Of a DNA stretch of 64,000 nucleotides, positions 48,216 to 62,096 are shown piece after piece. Source of the stretch: Mobula birostris (Eukaryota); assembly GCF_030028105.1 (NCBI RefSeq), contig NC_092401.1, positions 29,626,399-29,690,398 on the forward strand, read 5' to 3'. The notes beneath the pieces were generated by a model. That model searched no databases, had not been told where the DNA came from, and was given only the letters and a program-made list of their open reading frames with translations. Positions within the stretch are counted from its first letter, which is position 1. Every line of letters begins with the position of its first letter. The position numbers and the translations under genes are program-made.

Positions 48216-50474
48216 TGATCGCTGGCAGAAAGCCACGCCTCATCTCTGTAAGCAGGCACGGAGCTAAAATCAAAAGGCATCTCAGAGGCAAATGCCAAAA
48301 CTGATGTTCAAGGTCTATCCATGGTAGACAATGGCTTTCCCTCACTGCCCTTAACTCACCTGTCAGTTACACACAAAATAGTAAGCCATAGGCCATCTGG
48401 CAACCAAAGTGACCCCACTGCAGTGGTAATCATTTCCCATCCTGACTCTGGGAACAGGGCAACTAGCACCGAGAACCAGAATTGATGACATAATGAGCCC
48501 ATTGTTCATCGTTGACACTTTTGACAGTGATTTCTTCTTAGTATTTTAAATTGAAGCTTAGAATTAAGACTCATTAAATGACTTTGGAAAGAAAATTATG
48601 CTAATGTCCTCATGTTCCCCATGGTCGCTTTTCTGTACACTGCAAGAAATATAAAGACTCCAGGATATCATGTCCACAGCAGGTTCTGCAACTGTCAATT
48701 ACAGTAAAGAGCCACACACAATCAACAGGCTGCTGCTCCTGTGGTCAAGAGCTCTGAGGAACACTCTCCACCTTCATGGGCCATAATGAGAGATCAGAGA
48801 TCAGAATGAATGATGTACCCGGTGTGGCGCAGTACACATTTTTAATACCAAAGCAAGCACCTGGAAGATGAATCAGTCACTACGCTGTTCTGTTACTGAG
48901 AGGAGATGGCATGCTCCAAGCGCGGTAAGACTGGGAAACTACACTGTTTCTGGACATGCTTTACATTTAACGCATGAAAGAGAAATTGTGAAACAAGGAT
49001 ACAAATCCAGAAAGATTGAGTGGTAGGAAATCAAATTCAGAGGAGTAGAAACAATCTTCACACTGATTGTTTAACTGAAGACCTCTTGTAATATCCTGGC
49101 TGCTTTCCTTCCCACCCCTCACACCCATTTCAGGAAATCTTGTGTTGTTTACAACCAAACATCTATCAAAAATATCAACTGCCCATTCTGCATTTAACCA
49201 TATAGCTTGCAGCTTTGGAACTTACAAGACACTGATACAATTGCAAGATCGGTTGTTTCTTCCTGATCTCCACTATGAGCCAAAAGCAAAGGAAAACTGC
49301 TTCTCTCTCCCTGACACTCCATCTATAATGTAATCACCAAACCCATTCCCTGAAGTCACTCCCCCCCCCCCCCACTCACCATTTGGTATTATTTTTGAGT
49401 GACGTCTCACAGAGCACTCCAGGTTTAGCAGGCAGGGACATTGAACACCACAATGTAACAGGCTTAGTGGTTATTTATGGGTAAGGAAATTCAATCAAGC
49501 AAAACTAAGTCTTCTACTTGCACTTGTGGAAGGTGACCACCACCCGGGTGAAAACTCAGTGAGGTTATGTGAAAATGTTCCACTAATTACACCTGAGGTA
49601 GTTTTGTGACCTTGAGGAACCTTTGCTAACCCTGCTCCAATTCCTGTGTTTACACTACTCTGCACCCCCTCCCCCCAACCATGCTGGGTCACTCACTCAT
49701 GGCTGTGCCTGATCCACTGGACTATCTGTAATGGAACACTGGCAATCACATCCTCAGCTTTGTTCACTGGATAGACCTCACCCCCAGGATAAAAAGGCGT
49801 GAAGTCCAGTCAAGACCAGTTTGGTCACTGGTCTCCTGTAGATCTAATAGTGTAAACAAGAAACAAGTCCTACTATTGCCTCTTACTCTTGGGGGCCAAA
49901 AGAAAACAGATATAGCAGCAACACTCAGGCACTAGGCTCTTCAAAGAAATGCACAAAACATAGAACCAGACCAAGAACAAGCCAGATAGTCCCAATATTT
50001 GCTCACACTAACCTGGTAAATACACTTGCCAAGGGGAGGTCAGCAAAGTATGAAATATTATATACACATTTCAAAAACTGTCTACAGTTCTGTAGCTAAT
50101 AACTGCAGGCACAGAAGATCAAATATGCATGGAGCTTTCTGTTTACTGACAATTGGCGCTATAATCGTGCATATTATAAAAAATAAAGATTAAAAGTATC
50201 TGAAAACTATGTTCTATGGAGAAACCAGTATGTGGATAGCTACAACAGGGGCTGTACACTAATAATCACTGAAATTGGATTATAATGATAAAAATTAAAC
50301 GATGCATTCGATGTTTTGCAGGTGTTGTTGTCAAACCACAAATTCAAATAAATACATATTTCAGGCCATCAAAAATCTCATACTGTCTGTACAGTCAGGG
50401 CAATGGGTTGAGGACTTGATCTGAACGGTGTAAAATATAATACAGTTCTTGTCTGCGTGGGCTTGCAGATGAGG

Positions 50475-50582
50475 CTATTTAACAAGAGGCCGGGTTTTGT
50501 CGTCATCACTGCACTGATGTGCTTTGTACTTCTTCACCTCTGCCATGTATTTCGCCCACGCATCTCCTCCACGTGCCTCAGC
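50475..50582 (-). CDS. TRIR: TRIR coding exon 3 (35 codons and TAG)
   Basis: Polypyrimidine acceptor ttcccag|GCT. Encodes AEARGGDAWAKYMAEVKKYKAHQCSDDDKTRPLVK*, the conserved TRIR C-terminus. Confidence 0.96.
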   Translation of the reverse strand, partial: AEARGGDAWAKYMAEVKKYKAHQCSDDDKTRPLVK

Positions 50583-51786
50583 CTGGGAAGGGAAGGGAAA
50601 GAAACAGGCAGACTGAACATCGATGTTACACAAAGCTAGATACCAAACAGCATGGAGGCAGGTGAAGGGATAACCTTTGAGCATAACAGACAAGAATTCA
50701 ACATCCAAACCTTGTACCAACTCCAACAGAAAAATATTGGCAATTTAAAAACAATTCTTCTTTTCACTCTTTTATTGAGGCACTGATTTTTGCAGTCAGG
50801 GTTCCACAAGTTGTGGTTTCAATACCTCATTCAGGAGGGCATTCTTGTGCCTACTCTGAGTATACCCAGAGCAGTTGAAGTGTCTATGCCCTGAGATGGT
50901 CGCAAACTCAAGCAACAAAATCAGGCAAAAATCCACAGCCTGTACCAGTTCAAAAGCACAGCAATTCCTTTGGTTTTTAAAATTAAGATTTTAATCATAA
51001 ATGAACAAAAGCTTTAATCTGAGCACTACATTTTAGGAAGTTAAGACCTCCCAGATAAATTTAAATGTCAAAGGGAATGTTAATAGGAAGACTTTTACAT
51101 GGAGACTTGTTTTTCCCCACAGCACAGGCCAAGAGATTTGACAGAGGTAGTCAAAATTGTAAATTAATCGGTTCCAGAGGTTAAAAGGTAGGAAGATTTC
51201 AGCTGATTAGCAAATCTCTAGAATCACAAATATATAGCAAAATAATGCCATTTGCACCATTTTGTCCTTGTAAGCTAAAATAATTCTCCAGTGTATTCCC
51301 ACTACCCAGCACCCAGTCCTAGCTCTGTACACAAGAGGACACTTTGAGTGAATCTTCAAATACTTTATAAATACAGTAGCTGCTCCCTCCACCAGCCTTT
51401 CAGACAGATCCCCACCTCCCTCACCACAATGGAAAATTCCCATTTTCCCTCTGAACTTCCTATTGATTACCCAAAATTACTTTGTCACCAGGGGTGATAT
51501 GAAGCATTTTTTCCCCCTAAGTATATATAAACAGTTGCTGCAAACAGGACTGTTCTGCCTTATAAGCTGTTAGAATTTTAAAAGAAAATTGGTTAAATAT
51601 TTGAAGGAAATCATGCTGCGGGCCACTGTGACAGAGCATAAAAGTTTGTAGAGCCATTAAAAAGCTGGTACAGGCACAATGAGCAGACTGGCCCCTGCAC
51701 TGCATCTTTCTATGAAGTAAAATAATTTAAGTCAGTAGATAGTTTGTCACAAGCACAATTACTCTCTAAAAGCTTCAGATTCTTAC

Positions 51787-51864
51787 CTCCTCATCAGCCT
51801 TGTGTTTCTTGGCTACCATTCCCGTCTTGAGGGCTAGCTTTGCCCCACCTCGCCGCTTTCCCAC
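51787..51864 (-). CDS. TRIR: TRIR coding exon 2 (26 codons)
   Basis: Acceptor acaccag|GTG. Encodes VGKRRGGAKLALKTGMVAKKHKADEE. Donor GAG|gtaaga. Confidence 0.95.
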
Positions 51865-52584
51865 CTGGTGTAAGGGACAGAAGACTGCAACCATTACACG
51901 AGCGCTTGAAGCTGCAATGTCAATGCTGCCCACAATGTAATTAAACAGGGCTCCTGAAATTAGACCTCATTCCACACAGAATGCATCTCCCACGACAACG
52001 TCTCAACGCACTTCTAACATACAGTATACAAGTTACTGTGAGCGGAGGTAGGCCATTCTTTACACTCCCCTATAAAGCAAAAGTAACAGTGCAGGTGTTA
52101 CCATTTTAAAGACCACCAACAGCTCTTTAAATGTTCAATGGTAAATCAGCCAGACATGTAACATGAATATTTGTAATTCCATCAATGTTTGTAAGTTTTC
52201 CTTAAAAGTTATAAATTGAATTTTATCTTTCTTGCAAAAGTTAAAGCAGATTTGTGGAACTAGCCTGTTAAATAAGCAATGCTTCAATCAAATGGCTTGG
52301 ACCCTGCTCCCCCTTTCTTAAAATGTTAACCCCAACTTCATGTTTGCAAGTTAAGAAAGAGCTTAAAAAAGCAAATAACTTGTTTCAGCACAAATGAATC
52401 CTTGAGAATGTTTCTTTTTTCTGGTCTTTGCTACTCCTTTGATTTGCAAATATTGTTATAGCTTGCTATAATTTCTGAATGACCACCTGATTTAAAAACA
52501 CAATTAAAACTGAAATGAGAATATGCACATTTCAAGATGTCAGCCTCCAGTTTCCTCTCTAGCCAGCTTTTTAAATGTCTACAG

Positions 52585-52850
52585 TAACATAGTAGTTAGT
52601 GAGAGATTATTACAACTCAGGGCAGAGTTTGGAGTACAATTCCAATGTCATCTGTAAGGAGCCTGTATGTCCTCCCCATGGAATGCGTGGGATTTCTCCG
52701 GGTGCTCCTGTTTCCGTTTCCTCCCATGAGCCAAAGGCATAATAGTTAGAATGTTAATTGGCCATTGTGAATTAGGCTAGGGTTAAATCAAGTTGTTGGG
52801 AGGCACGGCTTGAAGGGCTTATTCCGTGCTGTATCTCTAAATAAAATAAA
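52585..52850 (+). mobile_element. V-SINE (HE1-like) in TRIR intron 1
   Basis: Decayed tRNA-like head, V core gcgtgggatttctccgggtgctcc..tttcctccca, and a (taaa)n tail. Confidence 0.78.
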
Positions 52851-53569
52851 TAGAATAGCAAACCTGCAAAGAGTGTATAAATTGAACAAGTTTATCCTAT
52901 GGAACAATCAAGTGACTGCTTACCCAGTGCTAATATTGGTACTTGTAGGTGTTCTCAGTATTTATTCTGCTTATTAAAAATACAATCAGAATGTTTCGAA
53001 GGATTTATCATTTGTTTTCCACACTTCCTTCCAAGGAGTGGTTTTAGAAGTTCTGGTCAAAAAAAATACTTTAAGCCAGAGAGATGTGAAAATCTACACA
53101 TGAACATAAACAAGCAGAACAACTGGAAAATTGACTTAGCTAATCAACCACAATACCAGTGGCTGGTATGATCACATCCTCGTACTGACCAATCATGGGC
53201 TCAAAATACAGGCCACAGAAAACAAAGGAAAACACAGGAGTTTCAATTCTGTTCAAGGCAACCCCCCAACAGCTTTTAAATTTCCGGAACTAACGAGCCA
53301 GCATCCAACATGACTAATTATTTAAAATCACTGCCAAGTAGATTCAATTGAACACAGCTAGATGTTTGTTAAGGTTTTTTGCTAAACTTCTGTTAAAGAG
53401 GCAACAAATGCATGCTATAAATCAACATGAAGGGTCATTTTCAAATACTTTTCATATTTTCAATTAACTCTTGTGATGATTACTTTAACTGGCTTTTTAC
53501 TCCCCATCTAGCAGAAAAAAATGAAGTTATGCTAAACTTGTGTTTTTTTTTTATTAAGCGTGTCGCACC

Positions 53570-53813
53570 AGACAGTCAGCCATTCTTGTCTGGCACGTGG
53601 TGTCAGGATTGGTCTCCTTTCAGATTAACCGGGCCACGATATGAACGTTCCTGACTCGACCCTTTTTTTTTTAAAAAACGAGACCGAGTGGCTAGCTCGA
53701 CACTCAACCCAGCATGGATGGAAAGCGTGCTCGGGAGCGGCCCGGCTTGAATTCGAACTTGGAAACCTTTGCTCCAGAGTCCAGTGCTGATACCATTGCA
53801 CCACCAGCCGGCC
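53570..53813 (-). mobile_element. tRNA-derived SINE
   Basis: Minus strand starts ggccggctggtggtgcaatggtatcagc (A box) ... gttcgaattc (B box), followed by a non-tRNA body. Confidence 0.7.
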
Positions 53814-55770
53814 AACTTGCAGTGTGAGTAACTGATAAAGATTAAGTGAGCAGCACACTTATAGACAAAATACAACATTGTTATTGGTTCAATATTACAT
53901 ACAATAAATGTTCTTTTCCCACAACTTTTTCATGCTCCATTAATACTCATGAAATCTGTGAACTGTAAATGAATACATTTGAACATGGGACTATAACCGG
54001 GCTGCATTCATACCATTGTTCAATGTTCGAAGAGCAAATCACCTTGCTGCACTACATTTGTATTAAAGATAATTAATAGCTACTACTGAAACCAACACCC
54101 TCAAAAGGGTAACCATAATACAGGTATTTAAAACAGTATGCAAACCATACGTGATAACTGTAGCTTTTGATAAATACTTGACTTTACTTTTTAGTCAATG
54201 TAACACAATGGATATTTATGCCCCATCCAAATTGTTGAACACTTTAATTTAATTTTAGCCTAAAATATTCTCAGAAGTCTAATCATTAAACGAAATTTTG
54301 ACACTAATCTGGACAATGATTTGTTGTTGTTCTGGTGTGCTCTAAGCAGTGGCATATGATGCTAAATCACATCACTTGGCTTACTTAACCCAACAGCTGA
54401 AAAACTTCAACATTCATATCAGAGCACAATTCTTTTGAAGCTGTAAAGCAAAGTTTTATGGGACTGCCCACTTAGAATACTCTATTTCCATTGTTCTGAT
54501 CTAGATCAATATTAATCTCCCAGTCTGGAATGTTTATGTTCCTGGATAGGTGATTTGGCTTCTAGGGTAGGCTTTACTAACTGGGACAGCACGTAGAGGC
54601 CACACAGCCTTGAAACAGCATGCAATGTAAAAAGACCCAAAAATGGTATGGTTATTCAAACTGAAGATAATTATATACAGACAACCCAAAAAGTCACTTA
54701 GTCTGTGAAGAATCAACCAAAGGCTTAACTGAAGCAGGAACTCCTGGAGATATACTGCATCAGCAGCAGCCCGGACTCTGTTCCATTCAAAGTAACCACT
54801 GGGAAGAATAATTTGCCCAAAGTTTATATTTTTAATGAAATAACATTAGACCAACAACCAGTTGACTAAATGCTCTGAAAAGAAAGATCACACCTAAACA
54901 CCAACATCCTCAAACACCTAAAACTATCACTTTTCTACAGCAGAGGTAAATTTGGAGGTGTTGCTTACTTCTATTTATACCATGGGATGTTAGTTATAAC
55001 AATACACTTAATACAAAAATGATAGTGAGTAACCAAATGGCCAATCAAACTTATCCCCTGCACCTAGACAATGTCTACATCTATGAATGTACTATCTAAA
55101 CTGTAAAAGATACCAAATAGTCATAGTAGAAACTAAAAATTCAGGTTTGTAAGTGAGATACTCCATGTCTATGATCAGTTTTGAGGCCATATTTCTAGGT
55201 TCCAACCTGACAACCATTTCACTCAAAGTGTCAGAGCCACCACACACAGTACTTGCTAGTTCTTTTCCAGTAATTAACATACAAATGCTCACACATTAAG
55301 TACATCAGAAAGGCAGGCCCTTCAAGGCAAAATTTAACACTAAGCACAAGTTATACTCCCCATAGTGAGCAACAGCCTCCTCACTGAGTCTTACAATATT
55401 TCTCAAATGCAAATCAGTGATGGGGGATTCAGCTAATCATGTACATAAATTACTATATGCAAATTAATATAAAGGATGGTACAGATAAGTGCAACAAGTT
55501 AACCAAGGGGATGAAGACCTTCAACAGCACTGAAACTCAAATTTAAGTGTTAGGATTCATTTGTACAAAGTTTTGACTGACACCTTCTGGAAAACTGCAC
55601 CCAGCTTCAGGCATCACACTGGAGACAAGAGGTAAAGGCATTTAGAGAGTATTGAAGATTCAGCAGAATGACACTGGGCTTGTGTAGAGAGGTTGTCTAA
55701 AGTTAAACTCTATTCCCTTAACGTTAGAAAGTTAATGAGTAATCTGGTTAAGGCCTTTAAAAATCACATA

Positions 55771-56582
55771 CAGTGGATTCCAGTTAATTGGCCCAATGGT
55801 TGACTGGGGGATTAACTTTTAAAGAACAAGAATTGAGAAAATAGCTGGGATTCCCTTCATTCATTTGGACACTATGCAACAATTGGGGCAGGAGACTGTT
55901 GCCGATCAGTTTCTAACTCATGTCAGTAGCATGCACTTGCGTGGCCATTAGACACTACACCATGCTTAGAGCGAACAGGTTTTAAATAGTTTCAGTTGCA
56001 TGTGTGTGTTCAAAAAGCAGTGATTTTTGTTACTAATAGTTGGTGAGAACTAAGCAGCAAGATAATTCAGAACTGTTTTGCTCACTGCATTTTTAAGCAT
56101 TCAGGCTTAGAGATGCCAGAAACAACCAGGACCGAAAATGAAACAATTTCACCGCTTCAGCAAGAACCATGAAGAATTTGAGGGTATCAACAATCATCCT
56201 GAATGTTACAATGAAAAAGTGGATTTGGAGGATGCAATCTTCGAAAGGATTGTATAAATTAAAGGCAATCCATTATCTACATTACGTGTCTATGCTGATT
56301 TTGTTCATTTATAGTCAATTAAAACACAGCAGTGTGCACTGGATTAATTCCTCCGTCGATAACTATAAGGAACTAATAGTTTTATATAGTACTGCAGTAA
56401 TATTATTAGTGTTCTGCTTTTCATTTAAATACATTATTTGTTACTCAGTTAAACGATAGTTTGTCTTTTTTTTAAAAATACCTTTTTAACTATTTCCATA
56501 AGACTTATGCTAATTGGAGCGGCCACTTAATTAGGCCAAAACATACCAGCCCTTATGTGTCCTAATTAACTAGAATCCACTG
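55771..56582 (+). mobile_element. Internally deleted Tigger/pogo-like DNA transposon with both TIRs
   Basis: TA-cagtggattccagttaattgg ... ctaattaactagaatccactg-TA gives 21-bp TIRs (2 mismatches) and a TA TSD. Internal relic AVIFVTNSW*ELSSKIIQNCFAHC resembles the Tigger W..TIxNCF motif. Confidence 0.85.
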
Positions 56583-58965
56583 TATATCAAACTTGATAGT
56601 CAGAAAAACTAGTTCCTCTGGTGACAAAATTCAGGATAACTGGGTATAATTAGATCTAGGCTATCAAGAGAGTGAAATTTAGAAAACAAATCAAATTCTT
56701 CAATTTATTCCCCAAACAACTCAAATGATCTCCTCAAAACCATTTCTACAAATATCTGTCAAGTATTTGGGTTAAAGAGTAAGGGTTTCAAGGCATTTGT
56801 TTTTCTAAAAATATAGCAGCTGTAAAACAATGGACAAGATATGAACAATTCAGGGCAATAAAAAAACTGCAGAGAGTCCTCAAACTCCAAGGGATTACCT
56901 CAGTTTAAAACTTAATAGGAAAGAAACATACAAGCCAGCTCAAAACTCTTAAGGTTTTCCTTTGTTCTTTTTTCATAAAAAGTACTTATGCCTATTCTTT
57001 CCATTAGGAAACTCTGATTGATGCATTACTTATCTATTTTCTGACCGTACACAGGGTGCCACAGCTGTTGCTCTCCATTTTGGGACATCTCAAAACACTT
57101 TAGAATTCTTTTGAAAACACAGTAACCATTGCAAAGTAGAAGACACAGAAGTCAATTTGCATACAGCAAGCCCCCTCAAACCACAAGTGAGCTAATTTGA
57201 TTTAGTAACAGTGCCTAAAGGGCAAATATTAAGAAACCACAAAACTGCAACTATCCTAATAAGGTCACCAACTTCTAAATTAATGTCTGATCTGACAAAA
57301 GGTTACTGATCTGAAATATTGATTAGTGCTCTCTCCAGAGATGCCAAATACTCCCCTCATTGTCAGTTTTATATCACTTACAACCTTTTCACTCGAGTAC
57401 CATTTATTCCATCATGTATATGTCAACTGTTCGAAACACCCATCCAGCTTTCTTCCCATAGCTCTTCAAACTTCACAATTATATAAAACCATAAAACACT
57501 GGAAACACTATAGGCAAGAGAGACAGGTAGGTGCAGATAGATCTAGAAAAAGTTTGCAGGTGGGAGGTAGTTGAAATTGATTGGCACTCAACATTCCTCC
57601 CCACCCAATTCCATCTGCCCAGCACCTGCTTCTCATCTGGCTCTACTCTCCAGCCTCTGTTCCACCCCTCATTTCCATAACTCTTGCTATTTTCCTTCAA
57701 TATGCTCAGTCCTGTTGCTGGAGCCCCACTTAAAATAGTGACTATTCATTTGCCCCCACAGATACTGTCTGACCTATTGAGTTCTCCAGTTGTTTAATTT
57801 TTGTTTCAGATTCCAGCATCTGCAGTTTTGTGTCTCCTTCACTGTTCTATCTATATCCTTCATAATTTTGAACATTTCTATTAAATGTCCCCTGAACCTC
57901 GGCTTGAAAAGAAAACAATCTGCACAACTCTTCTGCCTAATTGGTATATCTTACCTTTACCATTCCAGTACTTGGAACTACAGAACACTTTAGCTGGGGT
58001 TTACTTTTTTTTTTTACATTATGCTATTAATATAACTAATAGAAAATTTAAAAATGTTCTGATAATAGATCACTGATCTAACACATAATATTTCACTCTA
58101 CAATGTCTGATACAAGCATTTCCAGCATTTTGATTAACACCTGCAGTATTCTTCAAAAACATAAATCAACTTGTCCTGGGATCATTCTGGTTTGTGCAGG
58201 TGAAGTCCGAGTATTCTCCATTCACACCACTTTGGTTGAAGTACTGTATATACTTTTATCTTTTCTAAATCTATTTGAATGTATATAACAAAATCTCCAG
58301 GAGCACAGAACTGAAATGCCAGTCTGGATCACATATTACATAACTTCCCAGCTCCTGCTGGGAGCTACAATTAACACAATGCCCATCCTTTACTCACTAG
58401 GAAATATTCAAATGGCTTTCCACGATAAATGACCCCAAGAGACTGCAGATGCTGTAATCTGGAGCAATAAACAGCCTGCTGGAGGAACTCAGCAGATCAG
58501 GCATCATTTGGGCGGACAGGGAGGGGGGAGAAAGTAATGAGACACTTATGCTGCTCAGCATGCTGAGCTCCCCCAGCAAAATGAAGACACAAGAGACCAC
58601 AGATGCAGCGCCTTTGTGGAGTTCCTCCAGCAGGTTGTTGCTCCTCTGTATGTCAGTTCCTGACAATTGTGGCTAATTCCAACACCTTGGTTCATTTATA
58701 CATCACCATTTTGACAGCGACTGGCTTTAGTGAGAGGGGACCGGCTTTGGATTTACACATTTGACGACCAACAGTGTGTGTCTGTGTGCGGTGGGAGGAG
58801 AGGTGGTAGGGGTAAGTTTTCCAGGTTTTTCTGTAAAGGCAGGCGGTGTCTCCTCTGTGACTCCAACACCAGGGAAGTCAACCTGTGGGCACGGTTATCA
58901 CTGGCATCTTCACCCCAGCCCCACTCATTACCGAGGCAAATCAGAGCCAAATCTCTCGCTCTTAC

Positions 58966-59253
58966 AATATTCAGCGTGGGTTTCCTGCTGGAATGGCCGT
59001 CGCTCCCAGCCTCGGGGCCGCGCTTGCCGCCGTTCTCCGCGTCAGTGCCGCTCGCTTCCCGCCTCTGCTTCTCCTCCTCCATCTTCTTGAAGAGCTCCAT
59101 GAAGCTGCCGTCGTTGGCGAAGGCATTAACGCCGGGGGTGCGGGCTGGGCTGCCCGAGGCTGCTGCTACCGCCGACCCTCCACCCGGGCTACCGCCAGCT
59201 TCCCGCCGCCCCGCACTTCCAGAAGCTTCGCGGCCCCGTCTCCGCTCCGCCAT
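58966..59253 (-). CDS. TRIR: TRIR (C19orf43, telomerase RNA component interacting RNase), coding exon 1 (96 codons)
   Basis: ATG at 59253. Gly/Ala-rich N-terminus, then GVNAFANDGSFMELFKKMEEEKQR, matching the conserved TRIR motif. Donor ATT|gtaaga, phase 0. Confidence 0.93.
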
Positions 59254-59640
59254 CTTGGCTACCCCGGCCGCTATGCCTGCTGGGAGCACTGATAGTTCTG
59301 AAAGGAATAAATGTTAAATGAACAAAATAACCGCTCAGACACTATCCACACGCATAACTGTGTATTTTACAACGTAATGAATCCTGCAGAACCAATTTGT
59401 AAAGGGAAAAGTTGGCCAAACAGAACCCGCAAAGGATAATGGGTCGTGAAACAGTGACGGAATGTATTTTATTATAAAAATGCATTTCAGAATACTGATC
59501 CAGAAATTTGAAATACTTGAATGTTCAATTGTATGTTGATAAAGAACTACGTTAAAATTAAGAGGTATTTTAGCGAGGAGGCATGTACTGCACCAATTAA
59601 CGCTGCTGACAGGAGAAGAATGATCACGTGACGGCAGAAG
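59254..59640. promoter_or_regulatory. Compact bidirectional promoter shared by TRIR and GET3
   Basis: Divergent ATGs 387 bp apart with CpG-rich flanks. CCAAT near 59392 and 59593, palindromic E-box TCACGTGA 59624-59631, YY1-type AAGATGGCGG over both start codons. Confidence 0.85.
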
Positions 59641-59780
59641 ATGGCGGGCATGGACGAGGAGTTTGAGGACGCTATCGACGTGGAGCCGTTGGAGCCTACC
59701 CTGACCAACATTATTGAGCAGAAGTCGCTGAAATGGATCTTTGTGGGCGGCAAAGGAGGAGTAGGGAAAACCACCTGCAG
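59641..59780 (+). CDS. GET3: GET3/ASNA1 (TRC40) tail-anchored protein targeting ATPase, coding exon 1; gene continues beyond the window
   Basis: Encodes [46 protein letters not shown] with the deviant Walker [10 protein letters not shown]. Donor CAG|gtaact, phase 2. No exon 2 recognised before 64000. Confidence 0.95.
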
Positions 59781-60504
59781 GTAACTGGCTGAAGCCCCGC
59801 ACAGAATGTGCGTCTCCTGGACCCCGGCCTTCTGTCCGAGGCGGGCGGGAACCCTGATCATAAACGGTCTACGGACAGAGTGTTTTAATAAATCACCATT
59901 TATTGTCACTGACTTGTATAATATGAAATTTATTGTTTGTCGCAGCAGTGTAGTGCAACGATATAAAATTGTACAACGCACACACAATACTGCAGGCATT
60001 CATTGGGCTAGATAATGTCTGTAGACAGTTGGAGTGTCGGTTGGGATACTTTAACAGAAAAGGTATAATGTGAACCGTTCTGAAATCTGATAGTGTTGAA
60101 GTTGTTCCTTCATCATTCAATGTGGGTCTTCGGGCTCCTGTACCTCCTCTCTAATGATAGTAATGAGAAGAAAGTGTGCCTCTGACGGTATCCTTGGTGA
60201 TTGAGAGGGTTGAACCTGTTAAAAAATGGTTTGCTGTTTTCTATAAAAGCTGCCTGACCTGCTTAGTTCCTCCAGTATTTTGTGTGTTTCTTGGATTTCC
60301 AGCATTTGCAGATTTTCTTGTATTCGTGGTTATATGACAAATAAAGTGGCCACTTTATTAGATATATCTGCTCATTATATATATTTAATAAGCCAATTAT
60401 GTGGCAGCAACTCATGGTGTATAATTCTGACTCTTAAGAAAGTACTGCCCTGACATTCTTTTATTTAATAAAATACCTTGGTTGTTCGTTAGATTTTTCC
60501 CAAG

Positions 60505-61235
60505 AAAGCAAATGTGGACTTCAGGAAGGGGAAGTTGAGGGAAAACACACCAGTCCTCATCGAGTGATCAGCAGAGGAAAGGGTGAGCAGTTTCATGTTC
60601 CTGGGTGTCAACATCTCTGAAGACCTGTCCTTGGCCCAACATGTTGCTGCAATTACAAAGAAGGCTCTACAGTGGTTATATTTCATTAGAAGTTTGAAGA
60701 GACTTAGTGTGTCACCAAAAACTATTGCAAATTTCTACAGATGTACTGTGGAGAGCATTCTAACTGGTTGCATCACTCTCTGGTATGGAGAGGCCACAGA
60801 TAAGATTGGAAAAAGCTGTAGAAAGTTGCAAACTCAGCCAGCGCCATCATGGGCAGTGACCTCTCTAGCATCGAGAACATCTTCGAAAGGTGATGCCTCA
60901 AAAAGGCGGCTTCCATCATTAGGGCCCCCCATCACCCAGGACATGCCCTCTTCTCATCGCTACCATCAAGGAGGAGGTACAGGAGCCTGAAGACACAGAC
61001 TTGATAGGTTTTAGGAATAGCTTCTTCCTCTCTGTCATCAGTGGACAATGAAGCCATGTAAATTAGCTTACTGTTTTCTTTTAGTTTTTCTCTTTTTGTA
61101 CTAAATTTTTTATATTAAAATTAAATTATATTTATATTGTTATTGTCATTTATAGATATTGAGAATTGCAATGTTCTGTCATTGTAAATCAACAAATTTC
61201 ACAACATATGTCAGTAATATTAATACTGATTCTAA
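60505..61235 (+). mobile_element. Rex-Babar-like non-LTR 3' fragment
   Basis: SSFMFLGVNISEDLS..KKALQWLYFIRSLKR..NFYRCTVESILTGCITLWYG and a ctgatt tail. Confidence 0.85.
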
Positions 61236-62096
61236 TATATTAGCCTTTATAGACTTATTTAAGTTTAGGAGTTAAGATGTCTTATGATTCTGCACCTGGA
61301 GTACCTAAGACATGGGAGCAGGAGAGGCCACTTGACCTATCGAGTCTGCTCTGTAATTCCATCATGGCTGATTTATTAGCCCTCTCAGCTCCATTCTCCT
61401 GCCTTCTCCCTGTAACCTTTGACACCCTGACTAACCAAGAACCAGTCAACCCCTGCATTAAATATACTAAATGACTTGGCCTCCACAGCCATCTCCACAA
61501 CCACCCTCTGGCTAAAGAAATTCCCCTTCCATCTCTGTTTTAAACAGACATCCCTCTATTCTGAGGTTGTGCCTTCTGGTCCTCGACTCCCCAAATATAG
61601 GAACATCCACTCCACATCCACTCTATCTTTGTCTTTCAATATTTCAATATTCAAAGTTCAAAGTAAAATTTATTATCAGAGTACATACATGTCATATATA
61701 TACTTGTTGAACAGGTTTCTGGGATACACAAACCACCCCATCAGGCACCAATAATTATCCATGGTCAAAGTCACTTAGTCATCTTTCCCACTCTGTGTTT
61801 GGTCTGAACGACAACTGAACCTCTTGACCATTTCTGCATGCTTTTTTGAATTGAGTTGCTGCCACATGATAGACTTATTAAATGTTTGCATTAATGAGCA
61901 GGTATACCGAATAAAGTGGCCTCTGAGTGTATTTGCCATATAACCACAAATACAACAAAATCTGCAAATGCTGGAAATCCAGGAAACAAACAAAATACTA
62001 GAGGAACTGAGCAGGTCAGGCAGCTTTTATGGAAAACAGCAAACCATTTTTTAAAAACTCTTTTTCCATAGATGCTGTCTGACCTGCTGAGTTCGG

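Noticed and set aside
53740-53813. Possible tRNA gene
   Set aside because: A and B boxes are present, but there is no clean cloverleaf and it continues into a SINE body.
58753-58965. C-terminal part of the 178-aa TRIR ORF
   Set aside because: It is intronic read-through beyond the gtaaga donor; homology continues in exon 2 at 51864.
58730-59317. 195-aa and other + strand ORFs over TRIR exon 1
   Set aside because: These are GC-rich antisense frames of a real exon within a CpG island.
59335-59999. 155-aa and 150-aa minus-strand ORFs
   Set aside because: They are antisense to GET3 exon 1 and the promoter, with no recognisable homology.
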